A stretch of 64,000 nucleotides of DNA from Elsinoe ampelina (taxonomy: Eukaryota): assembly GCA_010093995.1 (NCBI GenBank), contig ML992507.1:927868-991867 (forward strand), in the 5' to 3' direction. The notes beneath the pieces were generated by a model. It had not been told where the DNA came from and made no database searches. It worked only from the letters and a program-made list of their open reading frames with translations. The position numbers and the translations under genes were made by a program. Below are positions 60,448 to 64,000 of this stretch, one piece after another; the stretch's first letter is position 1, and each line of letters starts with the position of its first letter.

Positions 60448-60592
60448 TCGACAGATCAAGGTCAAACAGGACTTTAGACAAGAGATGGAATGCGAGGCAT
60501 AGATATTTTACATGTGTGTGAGACCTGTTTACTATTTATGGGGTATCATATGATGGTCGTGTTGTGAGTATGTGTCAATGTGTTGATGAATG

Positions 60593-61672
60593 TCATGAAA
60601 TCTTCTTCGCAGATCCGTTCTGGTGTTTCGAGTATTGTTCCTTTTTGACGATGACCGGTAACGAGGTCAACTTGCTTGGCCAGATGACTTCGAACTCATC
60701 TTGTCGGCCATTCAGGCAGTGTCGGAGCCAGATGCCCCATGTGATGTAGAAGTATGCTCCGGTACCTGTCATCAAGTGCCTGGGCAGTGTCAGTATAGTA
60801 TAACCACAGTGGGGAATTGTGAACTCACCACCAGCCATGCCCTTCCAGCAGAATGCCCCAAGGCAAACCGACAGCATGCCTCCACTTTCTCAGAGTCGAG
60901 CAGTATTCATTATCGATTGTCCAGAGTCCGAAGCCACCCAGAAATATGGTCAAACCAAACGCGATCATTGTCCACATAGTTCCAAGGATCTCCTTGTCTC
61001 TTTTCTCCTGTCTAAGACGCTCTTTCTCTGGTAGAGCTGCCCTATTGTCTACTTGCTCTTCATTTGGGAAAACTCCACCTTGCTTCCTTAAAGATGGCCG
61101 GATGTTGATCTCCATGATGTACATAGACCGGAAGAGTACGATCGCTGTGAGGAGAGCGTACATGTTCTGGTGAAATGCTGGATCCTGCAAGTAATGATAA
61201 TAACCAGTGATGAAAGCAGCCAATGCCACAAGGAAGATGCCGAGCAGAAGCGGTATCGGAGCCTTCTTCTTGTGAGAGAATGTAGCGAAGAACATGAGGC
61301 ATGTCGTGTAGATCATGGACAGCTCATCCACCAGTTGCATTGGGTACTTCAAGGTTGAGTGGAAGAGGAAGCTGCCCGTGCCGACCAGGAAATAGCCAAT
61401 GAAGGTGACCAAGAATATTCTATCATGTCCATTCTTGATGCAACTGTAACACCCCTTGAATGCCAAATACTGGAAGAGCAGGTTGGTAAGCGTATTGACA
61501 ATCTCGGCTGAGTAGACCGTGGCATAGTAGTCCTAACTCTGTCAGACTCCATTCGTGATGCCTCGAACACTCCAATGCTCACCTCTTCACACCAGTTCAA
61601 TGTGCTAGTCACAGGCTCCCAATACCCTTTCTTGCCCGGTGGGTATGGTATGGATGGCAGCCATGCAGGCAT
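60593..61672 (-). CDS. Alkaline ceramidase (YPC1/YDC1 family), 3 exons
   Basis: GYWEPVTSTLNWCEE|DY, GSFLFHSTLKYPMQLVDELSM, LEGHGWW|HLMTG. Confidence 0.93.
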
Positions 61673-62041
61673 GATCGACAGGCTTCGGATAGCCGCGGTC
61701 TTTGCGGCTTCTGACTGGTGGGACCTGACAGCTGTGCTGAGCTGGGCTGACGTGAAGGAGGGTAGCTCTTAAGAGCGCTGAGGCATCTGTCAAGGCAGCA
61801 GCATACCAGACGACGGAATAGCAATCGGAAATTTCGGAGATGTGGAAGAAGAGCTCGGAGTGAGGTTTAGGACAGCAGAGTTGAAGGCCATGCCGCGTCC
61901 ACGAACAGAAAAGTGGGAAGCTACGTCACTTTAGGACATCGGATGTTCGGGACGGACGCCTAGTTGCATATCGGCTTCTAGGGCATGTGATTTCGACCTC
62001 AAGTTCTCTGAATCCCCGCTTGAGAGGTCTCATTGATAGTC

Positions 62042-62517
62042 ATGTCGATCCCAAATAATGAGGCGCTCCAGAAGGTAGGCAAATGTTGTGCTCTGAACGG
62101 CAAATGCACTGACGTGCACTCAGCTCCTCATTGAGATCGAGCAAAAAGCTAGCTTCGCGCAGCAGCAAATGGTCATTGTCAAATCGCAGATTGATGCCTC
62201 GAAACGGGAAATCCGGATGATCGATTTGATGAACAAGGAGATCGATTCGCTACCTGGAGATGCAAAGCTTTATGAAGGCGTTGGGAAGATGTGAGTCTCG
62301 GCATATCTGGCGGCAAATGGTGTTCTGGGACGCCACCTGACCATATCAAAGGTTCGTCGCCAGCCCGACTGCTGATGTGAACACACGTCTGGTTAAGGAG
62401 AAGAAGGATCTTAACGCCAAGCTGGATAATCTGGATAAGAAGTACACCTTCCTGGAGACAACATATAAGAACAGTCAGGAGCATCTCGACAAGGTCTTTA
62501 AGAATGGAGGCAGATGA
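62042..62517 (+). CDS. PFD1: Prefoldin subunit 1, 3 exons
   Basis: MSIPNNEALQK|LLIEIE...YEGVGKM|FV...FLETTYKNS; coiled-coil/hairpin/coiled-coil layout. Confidence 0.85.
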
Positions 62518-62806
62518 AGGAGCGCCCGCGAATGCAACGACATAGCGCCGAGGCAGTAGAGTTACAGACGAACGTCAAGCCCATTAGGCTGTTAATGGCA
62601 ACCTAGCGAGCCGGCACCCAAATGAGCAGCCTCTCAACAGAGCCACAGTCATACGCCAAGAACCTTCGCTGTTCTCTTTGAGGATTCTCAATCCGGCCTG
62701 GCGACACACTGGCCAACAGAGCTCGATGCAATCTTCAAAGGACCACGATGTCGGGTCAATGCAAGGGTGGAGATATCATTCCCGCCCAATATGTACAAAA
62801 CACTGC

Positions 62807-63662
62807 CTACCAAATCCCAAACCACTTCTTCACCTTCTTCCTCTCCCCTCCAAAATCCACATACTCCTTCTCCCCCTCACCCCTCCCCTCTCCCTCCGCG
62901 GCCCCCAGCAGCGCCTCCCCACCCTCCCTCCCCCTCGCCTCCTCCGCCTCCGCCAACGTCTCCCCCTTCTTCTCCGCCCTATACGTCCAACCTCCCAACC
63001 CAGGCTCATCATCAATCCCATGCGCCTTCCTAAACTCGCTCCTCTTCCTCACATCATCCACTTTCGCCTCTCTCTTCGCGATCGTCTGCTCCGTGATGAA
63101 ATCCGTATGCATTTGGTAGACCTCCAACCAGCGACCCAGGAAGCGGAAGGGGTGGGAGAAGAAGAAGTTGTTCGGCGGGAGTTGGTCCCGATAGGGCGTT
63201 GTGTGGAGGAAGTTGGTGAGGATGGTGAAGAAAGCGAGGGAGACGAGGACGGCCTGGGGACGTTAGCTGGAGGCTTTAAGGGGGAGAAGGGGAGGGGAAG
63301 GGACGCACGAGGGTTATGCCTGTGTGGAGTGCTCTTGAAGTTAGGAATTTGTGCATGAAGGAGCCTTCGGGTGGCATCATGTGCGGGTATTGCTTGGTCT
63401 TTTGCACTTCGCGCTCTTTTCGTGATAGGGGCGGGCCTGGATACGCGGGTTTGGCAGTGCGTAGTCGGGCTGGGTGCGAGGGTGGGCGGAACTTGTCTGG
63501 TTGTTCGAGCACACGGGCTTTGATGGGCTTGACTGTAGATGCCGCGCGAGATGGCTGGCGGAAAATGGTACTATTGCGCAAAGGCAATCGGCGGAGGGTG
63601 AGCATCCTTTCGGCTGCTAAGGACTGGCGGGCCAGTGCCAGCGAAGTCTGTAGAGTTGACAT
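62807..63662 (-). CDS. Conserved hypothetical protein, probably mitochondrial membrane, 2 exons
   Basis: Arg-rich presequence, LEQPDKFRPPSHPAR, YPHMMPPEGSFMH, one TM segment, DDVRKRSEFRKAHG, KKWFGIW end; start could be 63605. Confidence 0.75.
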
Positions 63663-64000
63663 GTTTGGTTGTCAAATGGAGGAGAGAGCGGATGTCGTGG
63701 AGGGGAAATTTTTGGGACAGCTTCGGCTTTGCCTTCAGTATCGCAGGACTATTCGCTTTTCAATCGAGTGTTCCTCAAAACACGACATCATTACAGGATT
63801 CTACTGACACAGAGGCTGGCATTGAGATTGTTTCTGACAGGAGACATTGTTTTAACAGCTGGAACATCTACATCCCGCGAGTCACCTGCGATGGCGCAAC
63901 CATAAGGTGGAACTGAGCACATCCCATCCACCACAAATACCAACATGCCAGCTCCATTGCGGTCAAAACCGCTTTCAAAATCACTCTTTCCAACAGCCGT

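Noticed and set aside
26109..61672. Lipid gene cluster (OPI3, TSC10, DHCR24-like, ceramidase)
   Set aside because: Spread over 35 kb among unrelated housekeeping genes; consistent with chance.

Overview
Filamentous ascomycete genomic DNA (GT-AG introns with CTRAC branch sites, RIP-like mutation; Dothideomycete-like by protein style, which is an inference). 1-5.5 kb is a nest of Fot1/pogo DNA transposons: three TIR types, TA target duplications, two nested insertions and transposases killed by RIP-like transitions, surrounded by stacked TA-(ACT/AGT/ACGT)-TA motifs that look like excision footprints. The rest is gene-dense, with about 30 genes or pseudogenes: secreted peroxygenase, M14 carboxypeptidase, amino-acid permease, DeSI peptidase, GCN20, OPI3, TSC10, SAS10, a co-oriented accessory block (luciferase-domain protein, F-box paralogs, CorA-like relic, DHCR24-like oxidoreductase, cupin, MFS), VPS9, ASNSD1-like, GCV1, VMA5, MET14, HEM25, peroxisomal hydroxyacid oxidase, alkaline ceramidase and PFD1. 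The most striking unexplained pattern is about 13 bipolar islands where the + strand flips from very C-rich to very G-rich, regardless of gene orientation or coding status. No tRNA, rRNA or CRISPR array was recognised. Exon boundaries were read by eye and family names come from recalled motifs, not database searches.
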